Source: Akkermansiaceae bacterium
GTDB lineage: Bacteria > Verrucomicrobiota > Verrucomicrobiia > Verrucomicrobiales > Akkermansiaceae
Length of the DNA stretch: 64,000 nucleotides
Direction: 5' to 3'
Assembly (NCBI GenBank): GCA_051251915.1
Contig: JBPOGF010000010.1
Location: 32,001-96,000, forward strand
In this document: positions 8,792 through 18,629 of the stretch, one piece after another
How positions within the stretch are numbered: position 1 is the stretch's first letter
How the letters are laid out: every line of letters starts with the position of its first letter
Notes under the pieces: generated by a model
Told to the model about the DNA's origin: nothing
What the model saw: only the letters and a program-made list of their open reading frames with translations
The model's database searches: none
Position numbers and translations under genes: made by a program

Positions 8792-11056
8792 CTAGAATAC
8801 GTATTTGGCTCCGAAGTAGACGGTGCGTGGGAATCTGGGGCCGTAGCTGTAGGATGGGTCACGGAAGGCGCCTTGGTCTAGGTCATCTTGGAAGCCGTTG
8901 AAGAGGTTTTTAATTCCAGCTTGTAGGGTGAGTGAGGTTTCATTCTCAAAGTCCCAGCGGTAGCTGGTGCCGACGTCTACGGTGAAGAAATAGTCTGATT
9001 TCTCGATGGTGTTGCCGATGAGTTCTCCGGTGGTGGGGTCACTGAGGACGTGTGGGACGTCCATGGGGCCGGTGAGTTTTCCGGCGATGAAGGCTCCGAA
9101 TGTGTCGTTGTCGTAGCTGAGCTTTACGACTCCGTGTCGATCTGGTGTGCGCTCGAAGTCACGGAGGTAGACGGGGTTGTCTATGGGGTCTCCTGGGGTT
9201 CCTAGGATGAGTTGTTGATTGTTGAATTGAGAGCGTTTTTCAACGAGTCCGATTTCTCCGGAGAAGTTGGCTTTTTGGTATTTGAGGTTAATTTCTGCTC
9301 CGTAGACGTGTGCGTTTCCGGCGTTTCTTTTGGTGGATTCGATGATGCTGGTGGTGGTGGGGTCATCTGATGAGATGTCATTGAAGAATACGTCACGGAG
9401 CTGTGTGCTGAAGATGCTTCCTTCTAGTTCCCAGTTGTCTGAGATTTGCCATTCTGGGCTGACTGAGAAGCTGAGTGATTTTTCTTCTTCTAGGTCATCT
9501 GCGATGTCTACGACTTCTAGTTCTCCTCCTACGTTTGAGATGTGTAGGTCCTCGTCAAAGAGTTCTGGTGCTCTGAATCCGGTGGCGATAGAGGAGCGGA
9601 TTTTGAAGTTGTGGGTGGGTTGGTATTTGAGGGAGATACGTGGGGAGAGGATGATGTTGTCTACTTTGGAGTGTTTGTCTGCACGGAATCCGTAGACGAG
9701 TTCTGTTTGGTCATTGATGTGCCAGTCGTGTTGGAGGAAGAGTCCGGTGTTTTGGTATTGGTCGTTGATGTTTCTTCCTAGTCCGCTTTGGTCTGTGATT
9801 TTTTCTTGTCGGTATTGGAATCCGAAGGTGAGGGTGTGGTCATCGTTGAACTCGTAGTTGGCGGTGAGGTCTGTGTTGAAGAGTGTGTCCTTGGTGTAGC
9901 CGTAGCCTAGGTCTGGGGTCCAGTCTGGGTTATAGAATGAGCTGTTTGGGTCACTGAGGGCGGCTTGGTATTCTGGGAACTGGTTGGCTATTCTGGCGAT
10001 GACGCTGGGGTCATGTTGGGAGGAGTCTATGGGGGCGTAGCCTAGGGCACTGATGCCTCCGTAGTAGCTGTCACGTTCTGTCTGTGAGTATGAGAGGGAG
10101 AGTTTGTAGTCTAGTTTGTCTGTGGCTTGGTGATTTATGCCGAGTGTGAGGACGTCTCTGAGTGATAGGATTTCTTCTGTGATGAGGGTTTCATTTGCTG
10201 GGATGTCTAGTGCTGATCCGGCTTCTCCTCCGCGTCTGTCTTCGTCTGTGTGCATGTAGTCTAGGGTGAGTTTGAAGTCTGGGTTGGGTTCCCAGAGGGT
10301 GCGGAATCCTCCGCCTGTGAGTTCGCGTCTGCTGATGTCTGTGAATCCGTCCCGGTCCACGTCTAGTCCATCCGTGAAGCTGCTGATGCCGTAGGTGAGG
10401 ATGCCGAATTGTTGGTTTTTGCTGGCGAATTCTGCGACGAAGTTGGCGTCGTAGTTGAGTTTGTTGCTACTGGATTTTCCGCTCATTGAGTTGGGAGTGT
10501 ATTCTAGGCTGACGCGATTTTCTTGTGGTTCACGCGGGATTAGGTTGATGACGCCTGCGACTGCATTGGAGCCGTAGAGTGCTGAGGCTCCTCCTTTGAC
10601 GATTTCTACGCTGTCTAGGATTCCTGTTGGGATTTGCTCTAGGCCGTATACGCCGGCTAGGCCGGTGAAGTTTGCGTTGCCGTCGTTGAGGATGGAGAGG
10701 TAGCGTTGTTGTAGTCCTAGCATGCGCACTTCTGTGGTGTTGCAGTTTTGGCAGTTGCTTTCCATGCGTAGTCCGTTTTGGTAGCCGAGGATGTCTGCTA
10801 GTTTGGTGGAGTGGGTGAGCTGGATTTCTGCGGATGTTACTTGCTCGGTGCGGATGGGTGTGTCTTCGAGTAGTCTGAGTGTGCGTGTTCCGGTGATGAC
10901 GCTGGCTCCTAGGTCGTTAAATTCTTCTATGAATGATTCTGTGTGTGTGGATGGGTCTGCTGTGAGGGTGTTTGTGCTGATGGTGAGTATTGTGGTGGCA
11001 GCGGTGAGGATGCTGGCTTGTGGTGATTTTATGTCTTTGTTGTGTTTACGTTTCAT
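8792..11056 (-). CDS. TonB-dependent outer-membrane receptor, probably for a divalent metal
   Basis: VITGTR TonB-box region, plug with CQNC and VEIVKGGASALYGSNAVAGVINLI, GFRAP, C-terminal aromatic strand YFGAKYVF. Confidence 0.92.
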   Translation of the reverse strand: MKRKHNKDIKSPQASILTAATTILTISTNTLTADPSTHTESFIEEFNDLGASVITGTRTLRLLEDTPIRTEQVTSAEIQLTHSTKLADILGYQNGLRMESNCQNCNTTEVRMLGLQQRYLSILNDGNANFTGLAGVYGLEQIPTGILDSVEIVKGGASALYGSNAVAGVINLIPREPQENRVSLEYTPNSMSGKSSSNKLNYDANFVAEFASKNQQFGILTYGISSFTDGLDVDRDGFTDISRRELTGGGFRTLWEPNPDFKLTLDYMHTDEDRRGGEAGSALDIPANETLITEEILSLRDVLTLGINHQATDKLDYKLSLSYSQTERDSYYGGISALGYAPIDSSQHDPSVIARIANQFPEYQAALSDPNSSFYNPDWTPDLGYGYTKDTLFNTDLTANYEFNDDHTLTFGFQYRQEKITDQSGLGRNINDQYQNTGLFLQHDWHINDQTELVYGFRADKHSKVDNIILSPRISLKYQPTHNFKIRSSIATGFRAPELFDEDLHISNVGGELEVVDIADDLEEEKSLSFSVSPEWQISDNWELEGSIFSTQLRDVFFNDISSDDPTTTSIIESTKRNAGNAHVYGAEINLKYQKANFSGEIGLVEKRSQFNNQQLILGTPGDPIDNPVYLRDFERTPDRHGVVKLSYDNDTFGAFIAGKLTGPMDVPHVLSDPTTGELIGNTIEKSDYFFTVDVGTSYRWDFENETSLTLQAGIKNLFNGFQDDLDQGAFRDPSYSYGPRFPRTVYFGAKYVF

Positions 11057-11123
11057 TGTTTTGTTATGGTTTAGTTTTACGTTGAATGATGAGTAGTAGT
11101 AAATTTGATTAGTGTAAACATAA

Positions 11124-11145
11124 AAAGTTAGCCTTGGCTAACTTT
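11124..11145. promoter_or_regulatory. MntR/DtxR-type operator
   Basis: Perfect 10-2-10 inverted repeat AAAGTTAGCC-TT-GGCTAACTTT between the divergent receptor and mntR genes; resembles the E. coli MntR box AAACATAGC-N4-GCTATGTTT. Confidence 0.75.
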
Positions 11146-11254
11146 GGTGAAAATTGAGTAGGATGAGTGTTGGACTGAGTGTGTGGAGTGGTGGGAGGTG
11201 GCTAGGAACGGGCTTGACTGTAGCTGGTGTGGGGAGACATAGTGGTGGGACTTA

Positions 11255-11734
11255 GTGATGCAGAACGAAAACAGCGAAAATAGCGGGAAGGAAGCCTACG
11301 GGGGACGTAGTGCAGAGGAGCAGGCGGAAGCGATGAAGGTGACGCGCGAGCAGCATGCTGTGGAAACGGCTGAAGATTATCTAGAGGCGATTTCTGATCT
11401 GATAGGGTTGTGCGGTGAGGCGCGGGTGGTGGATCTGGCGAACAGGCTGGGTATAGCGAATGCGACTGTGATACAGACTGTTAAAAGATTACAGCGTGAT
11501 GGGTATGTGACGAGTGAGCCTTACCGGTCTATTTTTCTGACTGCTGAGGGTGCGCGGATTGCTGAGGTTGCGAGGCACAGGCATCAGGTGACTATTGCTG
11601 TTTTATTGAAGCTGGGTGTGAGCCCGGAGGCTGCTAGGGTGGATGCTGAGGGGATGGAGCATCATGTGAGTGAAGAGACTTTGAGGGTGTTTGAGGAGTT
11701 TGTGGGGGATGTTGGGAAGTATCCTAAGGTGTAG
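11255..11734 (+). CDS. mntR: Manganese-binding transcriptional regulator MntR (DtxR family)
   Basis: EDYLEAI, EARVVDLA, PYRSIFLT, RHRH, DAEGMEHHVSEETL motifs; short form without a FeoA domain. Confidence 0.88.
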   Translation: MMQNENSENSGKEAYGGRSAEEQAEAMKVTREQHAVETAEDYLEAISDLIGLCGEARVVDLANRLGIANATVIQTVKRLQRDGYVTSEPYRSIFLTAEGARIAEVARHRHQVTIAVLLKLGVSPEAARVDAEGMEHHVSEETLRVFEEFVGDVGKYPKV

Positions 11735-11793
11735 ACGGTGATCTAGGGGAGGAGGATATTTCTAAATGTATTGGGAGGTTTTAGGCTGTTGAT

Positions 11794-12621
11794 TTATGGC
11801 AGGGTTTGTTTTTGTTTCTTTTTGAATTTGGAGTACCAGAGGACGAAGGCGATGGTGGTGATGAAGATGAAGGTGAGGAGGGCGAAGAGCTGGAAGCCTA
11901 CGTTGGTTTCCTCTGTGACGTCCATGTCGATGATGGCGGTGGCGGTGCTGCCTGGGTCGCTGGAGATGTGGAGGATGTTGTCTTTTAGTTCTACTTTGGT
12001 GAGTTTGTGGAAGACGTCTTTGATGGTTTCGTCGTTGCGGTAGTTGACGAACATGAGGACGGGGATGGCTTGGAGGACTTTGGGTGGGACTTGGGCGTCG
12101 GTGTCTGAGATGGCTTCTTCTACGATGGGGAAGAGTGAGCCTTGGGCGATGACGGGCTGGAACTTGAGTAGTCCGTTGAAGTGGCGGGTTCCGTCGAATC
12201 CGGCGTTGATGGGGAATGAGGCGCGGGCGAGGACGTGGGTGTCGGTGATCTGGGTGACGAAGAGGGTGTTTTTGAGTTCGGAGAGTTTATCGAAGTGGGC
12301 GATGGCGGTGTTGATTTCATCGACTGTGAGCTGCATGGTGGCGTGCTTCTGGTTCTTGACGAGTTCAGCGAAGGTGGAGAATTTCTGGTCGATGGCGGTG
12401 GTGGAGGAGTCTGTGGTGGTGGCTATTTCTGTGGGGACGGAGGTTTCTTGGCTGAATGCGACGAAGGCTTCTTTGTGGTTGAAGTAGCTGTAGATGGTGA
12501 CTGAGGCGAGGAAGACGACCATGGCGAGGATGATGGAGAAGATGCCGCATCCTGCGATGTGGTTTGAGTTTTCCTTGGTATTTTCTTCGATGTTCTCGGT
12601 GTTTGTGGTCGTTTCAGACAT
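11794..12621 (-). CDS. Hypothetical membrane protein (two TM helices flanking an extracytoplasmic domain)
   Basis: 275-aa ORF with N- and C-terminal hydrophobic segments and a basic tail. Confidence 0.7.
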   Translation of the reverse strand: MSETTTNTENIEENTKENSNHIAGCGIFSIILAMVVFLASVTIYSYFNHKEAFVAFSQETSVPTEIATTTDSSTTAIDQKFSTFAELVKNQKHATMQLTVDEINTAIAHFDKLSELKNTLFVTQITDTHVLARASFPINAGFDGTRHFNGLLKFQPVIAQGSLFPIVEEAISDTDAQVPPKVLQAIPVLMFVNYRNDETIKDVFHKLTKVELKDNILHISSDPGSTATAIIDMDVTEETNVGFQLFALLTFIFITTIAFVLWYSKFKKKQKQTLP

Positions 12622-12720
12622 GGTTGGCTTTTAGGTGGAAAGGTGGGTGAGAATCAAGGATTTTACGCTTTGGCGAAAATAAAGTTGGTGATTGTGGTGT
12701 TGATGATTTAGCTATTTGGC

Positions 12721-13824
12721 ATGGCAAAGATTTTGGTAGGACTATCTGGGGGAGTGGATTCTAGTGTGGCGGCGGCTTTGCTGTTGGAGCAGGGGCATGA
12801 GGTTGTGGGTGCGTATATGAAGAACTGGATCAATACGGATAATGTGCCGGGGGATTGTCCATGGCAGGATGATGTGGATGATGCGCATGCGGTGGCGAAG
12901 AAGTTGGGGATAGAGTTTAGGGTGGTGGATTTGATCGATCAGTATCAGGAGCGGATTGTGGATTATTTATTGGATGGGTATAGGAGTGGGATTACTCCGA
13001 ATCCGGATGTGTATTGTAATAGAGAGATGAAGTTTGGTGTGTTTTTGGATTATGCGCTGGAGCAGGGGTTTGAGGCGGTGGCTACGGGGCATTATGCGCG
13101 GAGGCGGGAGCGTGAGGATGGGAGTGTGGATATTTTACGTGGGGCTGATACGAATAAGGATCAGAGTTATTTCTTGGCGTTGATGGAGCAGCATCAGGCT
13201 AAGTATGCGTTGTTTCCGTGTGGGGAGATGCAGAAGCCTGAGGTGCGGGAGGTGGCGGTGCGGTTTGATTTGCCGACGGCTGGGAAGAAGGATAGTCAGG
13301 GGATTTGTTTTATTGGGAATGTGAAGATGGTGGATTTTCTGAGGCATTATGTGCCGGATAGGCCGGGGAATATTGTGGATGCTGGGGGGAAGAGGTTGGG
13401 GAGGCATAAGGGGCTGCATTTGTATACTTTGGGGCAGAGGAAGGGGCATGGTGTGGCGTCTCCGAGGGAGGGGCTGGCTTATGTGGTGGTGGGGAAGAAT
13501 GCGGAGCGGAATGAGTTGGTGGTGGGGTATGATGAGTCTGATACTGCGGGGCTGTATACGAGTAAGTGTGTGGTGGGGACTGTTTCTTGGGTGAATAAGG
13601 CGGTGACTGGGAAGAGGAAGATAGAGGCGCAGCCTAGGTATAGGGCGAAGAGTGAGCCGGTGATGGTGGAGCCGATGGTGGATGAGAATGGTGAGGTTGT
13701 TAGGGGTAAGTTTTTGGTGGAGTTTGTGAAGGCTCAGCGGGCGATTACTCCGGGGCAGATTTGTGGGTTTTATGAGAATGGGGTTTTGTTGGGTGGTGGG
13801 GTTTTTGAGAATGTTGAATTATGA
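12721..13824 (+). CDS. mnmA: tRNA 2-thiouridine(34) synthase MnmA
   Basis: SGGVDSS PP-loop, TPNPDVYCN, ATGHYA, KDQSYFL, KKDSQGICF, YTLGQRKG, QRAITPGQ. Confidence 0.97.
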   Translation: MAKILVGLSGGVDSSVAAALLLEQGHEVVGAYMKNWINTDNVPGDCPWQDDVDDAHAVAKKLGIEFRVVDLIDQYQERIVDYLLDGYRSGITPNPDVYCNREMKFGVFLDYALEQGFEAVATGHYARRREREDGSVDILRGADTNKDQSYFLALMEQHQAKYALFPCGEMQKPEVREVAVRFDLPTAGKKDSQGICFIGNVKMVDFLRHYVPDRPGNIVDAGGKRLGRHKGLHLYTLGQRKGHGVASPREGLAYVVVGKNAERNELVVGYDESDTAGLYTSKCVVGTVSWVNKAVTGKRKIEAQPRYRAKSEPVMVEPMVDENGEVVRGKFLVEFVKAQRAITPGQICGFYENGVLLGGGVFENVEL

Positions 13825-14147
13825 ATTATGAATTAGGAATTTTGAATTCTTGGGTTGTTGAAACTTTGGTTTTGAATTCTTGGGTTGATGGATTTATTGA
13901 CCGCGAAATACGCTAAATACACGAAAGTTTGATTGGGGTGTGGTGCTTGGGTTTTGAGCTGCGGTGCTTTACCACAAATTGCTCGTATTTTACGAATGGT
14001 GGACGATGGAATGGACTGGGTTGGGGGCTTGTTGCAGATGCGGGCGGGATGCCTACGCTGCTGACTTCTTTTGGGGACCTGTCGACCGGGAGGTCGATGT
14101 CATGGAGATGTGGGGGATTTGAAATTTGATATTTGTCATTTGATATT
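13815..14147. repeat. Cluster of short tandem repeats and small hairpins
   Basis: (TGAATTA)n 13815-13848; 17-bp direct repeat TTTGAATTCTTGGGTTG at 13841 and 13871; 9-mer repeats 13900-13926; hairpins 14040-14059 and 14082-14097; (ATTTGAT)-like heptamers 14117-14147. Confidence 0.65.
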
Positions 14148-14167
14148 GGTGGGGGTAGGTTTGAGTT

Positions 14168-15415
14168 ATGAATGATGCTATTGAAGATACGCGGAAGAGG
14201 AAGTATGCTAAGCTTTTGTTGGAGGTGGGGGTGAATTTGCAGCCTGGGCAGAAGTTGTTGGTGGCGGCTGAGCCTTATCATTGGAAGTTTTTGAATTTGG
14301 TGGCTGAGGAGGCTTATAAAATGGGGGCGGGGTTTGTATTGGTGGATGCGGATGATCCGGGGTTGCTGAAGGCGCGGGTGGATCATGGGCAGGAGCAGGA
14401 TCTTGATAAGTTGGTGGGGTGGAGTGATAAGCAGAATCATTGTTTGATCGATGATGGCTGGGCGAGGTTGAGGTTGTTTGGGCCTACTGATCCGGATTTG
14501 ATGGGGACGTTGAATGGTCAGCGGCTTGGGATTATTCAGAAGACTCAGAGCATTGCTGGGAAGCCAGTGAGTGAGGCTTGTGCTGAGGGTAAGATTACTT
14601 GGTGTGTGGCGGCGTTGCCGACTCCGGGTTGGGCGGCTAAGGTTTATGATTGTGAGCCGAGTGCTGAGGTGGAGAGAAGGTTGTGGCTGGGGATGGTGAA
14701 GATTTTGAATTTAGATGCGGATGATCCGAGTGCGCATTGGATAGAGAAGGGGGAGATGCTGCTGGAGCGGTGTGCTAAGTTGAGTAAGCTGAATCTTGCG
14801 GAGGTAAGGTTTAGGGGGCCGGGGACTGATCTTTCTGTGAAGTGCATAGCGGGTGCTAAGTGGATAGGTGGCGGGGTGCCAACGGAGAAGGATGCGGAGA
14901 AGACGTTTATTCCTAATTTGCCGACTGAGGAGTGTTTTACGACACCTAACAGACGGGGGACTGAGGGGCGGATGCAGGTGGTGCGGCCGGTGACGGTGTT
15001 GGGGCAGTCTGTGGAGGGGGCTTGGTTTGAATTTGAGGATGGGAAGGTGATTAGTTATGGGGCGAAGGTGAATAAGGGGGTGCTGGATGACTATTTTGAA
15101 ATGTGTCCGAATGCTTGTTATTTGGGTGAGTTGGCTCTGGTGGATGGGTCATCGCCAATTTTCAAGAATGGTCATGTGTTTCATTGTATTTTGTATGATG
15201 AGAATGCGAGTTGTCATGTGGCGCTGGGTAGTGGGTATCCGATGCCGGTGGAGGGTGCTACGAAGATGACGGATGATGAGAAGAAGGCGGCGGGGATCAA
15301 TGTGAGTATAGTTCATACGGACTTCATGATCGGAGGGCCTGATGTGGAGGTGACAGGGTATGATGGTGCTGGGAAGGAGATTCCGTTGATTCGGGGTGGT
15401 GACTTTGTGATTTAA
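14168..15415 (+). CDS. Aminopeptidase, M29 family (AmpS/PepS type)
   Basis: PNLPTEECFTTP, YLGELALVD, LYDENASCHVALG, NVSIVHTDFMIG. Confidence 0.93.
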   Translation: MNDAIEDTRKRKYAKLLLEVGVNLQPGQKLLVAAEPYHWKFLNLVAEEAYKMGAGFVLVDADDPGLLKARVDHGQEQDLDKLVGWSDKQNHCLIDDGWARLRLFGPTDPDLMGTLNGQRLGIIQKTQSIAGKPVSEACAEGKITWCVAALPTPGWAAKVYDCEPSAEVERRLWLGMVKILNLDADDPSAHWIEKGEMLLERCAKLSKLNLAEVRFRGPGTDLSVKCIAGAKWIGGGVPTEKDAEKTFIPNLPTEECFTTPNRRGTEGRMQVVRPVTVLGQSVEGAWFEFEDGKVISYGAKVNKGVLDDYFEMCPNACYLGELALVDGSSPIFKNGHVFHCILYDENASCHVALGSGYPMPVEGATKMTDDEKKAAGINVSIVHTDFMIGGPDVEVTGYDGAGKEIPLIRGGDFVI

Positions 15416-15515
15416 GGAGGACGGAGTTATGGCTGTGTGTGGGTGGAATCATATATGGCTATATGCCCAGTGACTATTTTCTTGAGGGGGGATATTAAGC
15501 GTAGTAGGTTGCACT

Positions 15516-16955
15516 ATGCTTAAGTATGTATTTCAAAAGATGGTGGGAGTTGGTTTATTGGCTGGGACGATGGTGGTTCAGGCGGCTGAGCGGCCGAATG
15601 TTATTTTGATGATGGCAGATGATCTGGGGTGGGGGGATGTGCAGGTGTTTAATGCAAAGAGTCCGATTAAGACGCCGCATTTGGATGCGATGGCGAAGGC
15701 TGGGGTGCAGTTTAATCGGTTTTATGCTTCATCGCCGGTGTGTAGTCCTACTCGGGGGTCTAGTGTGACTGGGCGTCATCCGTTTCGCTATGGTATTTAT
15801 TATGCGAATACTGGGCATGTGAAACCTGAGGAGCTTACGGTGGCAGAGTTGCTGAAGGAGAAGGGGTATACTACGGGGCATTTTGGGAAGTGGCATCTGG
15901 GGACGATGACTACTGAGATGAAGGATGCTAACCGTGGGAAGCCGGGGAATACTGAAGAATTTAGTCCGCCGTGGCAGCATGGGTTTGATGTTTGTTTTTC
16001 GACTGAGTCTAAGGTGCCGACTTGGGACCCGATGTTGAAGCCTGGTAAGGGTAAAGTGGATGGGGTTTGGAATGGTGGAGGGAAAGGTTGGGATGCTATT
16101 AAGGATCGTTCGACTGCGGAGGCTTATGGGACGCATTACTGGAATGAGAAGGGTGAGGTGGTGAAAGATAATTTGGAGGGGGATGATTCTAGGGTTATTA
16201 TGGATAGGGTGGTGCCGTTTGTGGAGAAGGCGGCGGCGGAGAAGAAGCCGTTTTTTGCGGTGGTGTGGTTTCATACGCCGCATTTGCCGGTGGTGGCTGG
16301 GCCTGAGTATGCGGCGATGTATCCTGGGGTGAGTGATTTTGAGAAGAATTATTATGGTTGTGTGACTGCGATGGATGAGCAGGTTGGGAGGCTGAGAGCG
16401 GTGCTGAAGAAGGCGGGTGTGGCGGAGAATACGATGGTATGGTTTTGCTCAGATAATGGGCCAGAGGGTAAGACAACATCACCTGGAACTGCGGTGCATT
16501 TTAAGGGACGTAAACGTAGTTTGAATGAAGGAGGGGTTCGGGTGCCTGGGATTTTAGATTGGCCTGCGGGGGTTAAGGCTGGGACGGTTACGGAATTTCC
16601 TGCGGTGACGAGTGATTTCTTGCCGACCATTCTTGATGCGGTGAAGGCGGAGTATACTGGTGAGAGGACATTAGATGGGATTTCATTATTGCCGATGCTT
16701 GCTGGTGAGATGACTGAGAGGGATAAAGGGATTGGTTTTCAGAGCAAGGGGTCTGAGGCTTGGTCGACTCAGCGGTATAAGATCCACAAAGCTAAGGCGA
16801 AACAGGGGTGGAAGCTTTACGATCTGATAGAGGATCCTTCTGAGAAGAAAGACATCGCGGCGGAGCATCCTGAAGTAGTTGCGGAACTTTCAAAGAAGTT
16901 TGATGCGTGGCAGAAGTCTTGTAAGGAGAGTGATGGGGGTGGGGATTATGAATAA
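15516..16955 (+). CDS. Sulfatase (S1, Cys-type)
   Basis: Signal peptide, PNVILMMADDLG, CSPTR, GKWHLG, SDNG. Confidence 0.95.
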   Translation: MLKYVFQKMVGVGLLAGTMVVQAAERPNVILMMADDLGWGDVQVFNAKSPIKTPHLDAMAKAGVQFNRFYASSPVCSPTRGSSVTGRHPFRYGIYYANTGHVKPEELTVAELLKEKGYTTGHFGKWHLGTMTTEMKDANRGKPGNTEEFSPPWQHGFDVCFSTESKVPTWDPMLKPGKGKVDGVWNGGGKGWDAIKDRSTAEAYGTHYWNEKGEVVKDNLEGDDSRVIMDRVVPFVEKAAAEKKPFFAVVWFHTPHLPVVAGPEYAAMYPGVSDFEKNYYGCVTAMDEQVGRLRAVLKKAGVAENTMVWFCSDNGPEGKTTSPGTAVHFKGRKRSLNEGGVRVPGILDWPAGVKAGTVTEFPAVTSDFLPTILDAVKAEYTGERTLDGISLLPMLAGEMTERDKGIGFQSKGSEAWSTQRYKIHKAKAKQGWKLYDLIEDPSEKKDIAAEHPEVVAELSKKFDAWQKSCKESDGGGDYE

Positions 16956-16974
16956 CTTCATCTTCTGTCTCTGA

Positions 16975-17019
16975 ATCATGTGTTTGAGTGATAGACAGAT
17001 TTTCGTATATTGGTATACT
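16975..17019 (+). promoter_or_regulatory. Degenerate 7-4-7 box plus sigma70-like promoter
   Basis: ATCATGT-GTTT-GAGTGAT-AGAC; TAGACA-16-TATACT with TG extension, ending 7 nt before ATG 17027. Confidence 0.5.
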
Positions 17020-17026
17020 TCGAAGA

Positions 17027-18532
17027 ATGTATAAGACCCTGAGAACTATAATTGGTCTGCTGGCTGTGATGAATTTCACCAATGCAGCAAGTCTAACGGA
17101 TGATAAACCTAACATCATTTTTGTGATGACTGATGACCAAGGTTATCCTGTGTTGGGGGCACATGGTCATCCGTGGATTAAGACTCCAAATATTGATGCG
17201 ATGTATGGGAGGTCTGTTCGGTTTGATCGCTTTATGATGGGGTCAACTTGTGCGCCTAGTAGAGCTGGTATTATGACGGGGAATCATTCGATTAGAAATG
17301 GCGTGACTCATACAATTTATGAGCGTGAGCGGCTTAATTTGGAGGCGATTACGATACCTCAAGTTCTCAAGCTGGCAGGATACAAGTCTGGATATTTTGG
17401 TAAATGGCACCTTGGTGATGAAGATGCTTACCAACCTGAGAACCGTGGGTTTGATGAAGTTTTCATTCATGGTGCAGGTGGGATAGGGCAGGCATATCCT
17501 GGGTCCTGTGCTGATGTTCCGAAGAATGGATATTTTAATCCTGTGTTTAAGCAGAATGGAACTTTTGTGAAATCGGAGGGGTATTGTACTGATGTTTTAT
17601 TTAAGGCTACGTTGGGGTGGATTAAGTCAGTGAAAGACTCTGAGGAACCGTTCTTTGCCTACTTATCTACTAACGCTCCGCATGGTCCGTTCATCGCACC
17701 GCCAGCGTATCAGAAACGGTTTGAGGATTTAGGGTTTAGTAAAAAAACGGCGGGATTTTATGGGATGATCGAGCACATCGATTCTAATATGGGAGCTATG
17801 TTTGCCAAGTTGGATGAGTGGGGGTTGACGGAGAATACGATCGTCATTTATACCTCTGATGATGGCATGACAAGAGGTGGTTGTGGCCTGAAGGGCTTTG
17901 ATGGGCGACCACAGAAGAAGCTAGGAAATGATACAGAAGGGAATTCTATGATGTCTTATAACGCTGGTATGAAAGGTCTTAAAGGTACGGTGGATGAGGG
18001 TGGGGTTCGTGCTCCATTTATTGTTCAGTGGGGTGGAGTGCTTAAGGAAGGGCATACTGTGAAGACGGTTGCGAGTTACTTGGATATCCTTCCTACTTTA
18101 GCTGAGCTTGGAGGGGCTAAACTTCCAGAGAGTCAGACTTTTGAAGGGCGTAGCTTGAAGCCGTTGCTGATGGAGAAAGATGCGGTTTGGGAAGATCGGT
18201 TTCTTTTCCAGCATGTGACTCGATGGGATCGAGGAGCGAATCCTGATGAATTTAAATGGAAAAAATATTCTGTTAGAAGCCAGAAGTTTCGCCTAGTAGA
18301 AGGGGTGCTTTACGACATGATAAATGATCCTGAGCAGACGAAAGATGTGAGTTCTGAGCATCCTGAATTGGTGAAACTGATGAAGGAGAAATATGGAGCA
18401 TTCTGGGATGAGGTGCGACCGTTAATGATTAATGATGGTGTTACACTGGCGAAAGAGAAGCCATTTCATGTGGATTATAAACAGCAGAAAGAAAGTAAAG
18501 GAATACCAGCTTGGGAAGAGCCTAAGCTGTAG
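17027..18532 (+). CDS. Arylsulfatase (S1, Cys-type)
   Basis: PNIIFVMTDDQGY, CAPSR, GKWHLGD; start moved from 16988 to ATG 17027, which gives a clean signal peptide. Confidence 0.93.
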   Translation: MYKTLRTIIGLLAVMNFTNAASLTDDKPNIIFVMTDDQGYPVLGAHGHPWIKTPNIDAMYGRSVRFDRFMMGSTCAPSRAGIMTGNHSIRNGVTHTIYERERLNLEAITIPQVLKLAGYKSGYFGKWHLGDEDAYQPENRGFDEVFIHGAGGIGQAYPGSCADVPKNGYFNPVFKQNGTFVKSEGYCTDVLFKATLGWIKSVKDSEEPFFAYLSTNAPHGPFIAPPAYQKRFEDLGFSKKTAGFYGMIEHIDSNMGAMFAKLDEWGLTENTIVIYTSDDGMTRGGCGLKGFDGRPQKKLGNDTEGNSMMSYNAGMKGLKGTVDEGGVRAPFIVQWGGVLKEGHTVKTVASYLDILPTLAELGGAKLPESQTFEGRSLKPLLMEKDAVWEDRFLFQHVTRWDRGANPDEFKWKKYSVRSQKFRLVEGVLYDMINDPEQTKDVSSEHPELVKLMKEKYGAFWDEVRPLMINDGVTLAKEKPFHVDYKQQKESKGIPAWEEPKL

Positions 18533-18555
18533 GTCGGTTATTTTTAGCCAAGTAA

Positions 18556-18577
18556 ATAACATCTTCATGCTATAGAC
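18556..18577 (+). promoter_or_regulatory. 7-4-7 response-regulator box overlapping a TAGAC -35
   Basis: ATAACAT-CTTC-ATGCTAT-AGAC; matches the boxes at 23967 and 24807. Confidence 0.65.
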
Positions 18578-18629
18578 TGAGGTGTGTTTTTCTGAGAGGA
18601 TGAATCACACTTATCTATATTTTACCATT

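Noticed and set aside
8792..11056. SusC-like glycan importer for the island
   Set aside because: Lacks the SusC N-terminal extension and a SusD partner; short, linked to mntR and an MntR-type box, and outside the island
13815..13890. Possible CRISPR mini-array
   Set aside because: Only two 17-bp repeats with a 13-nt gap, no regular spacers and no cas genes
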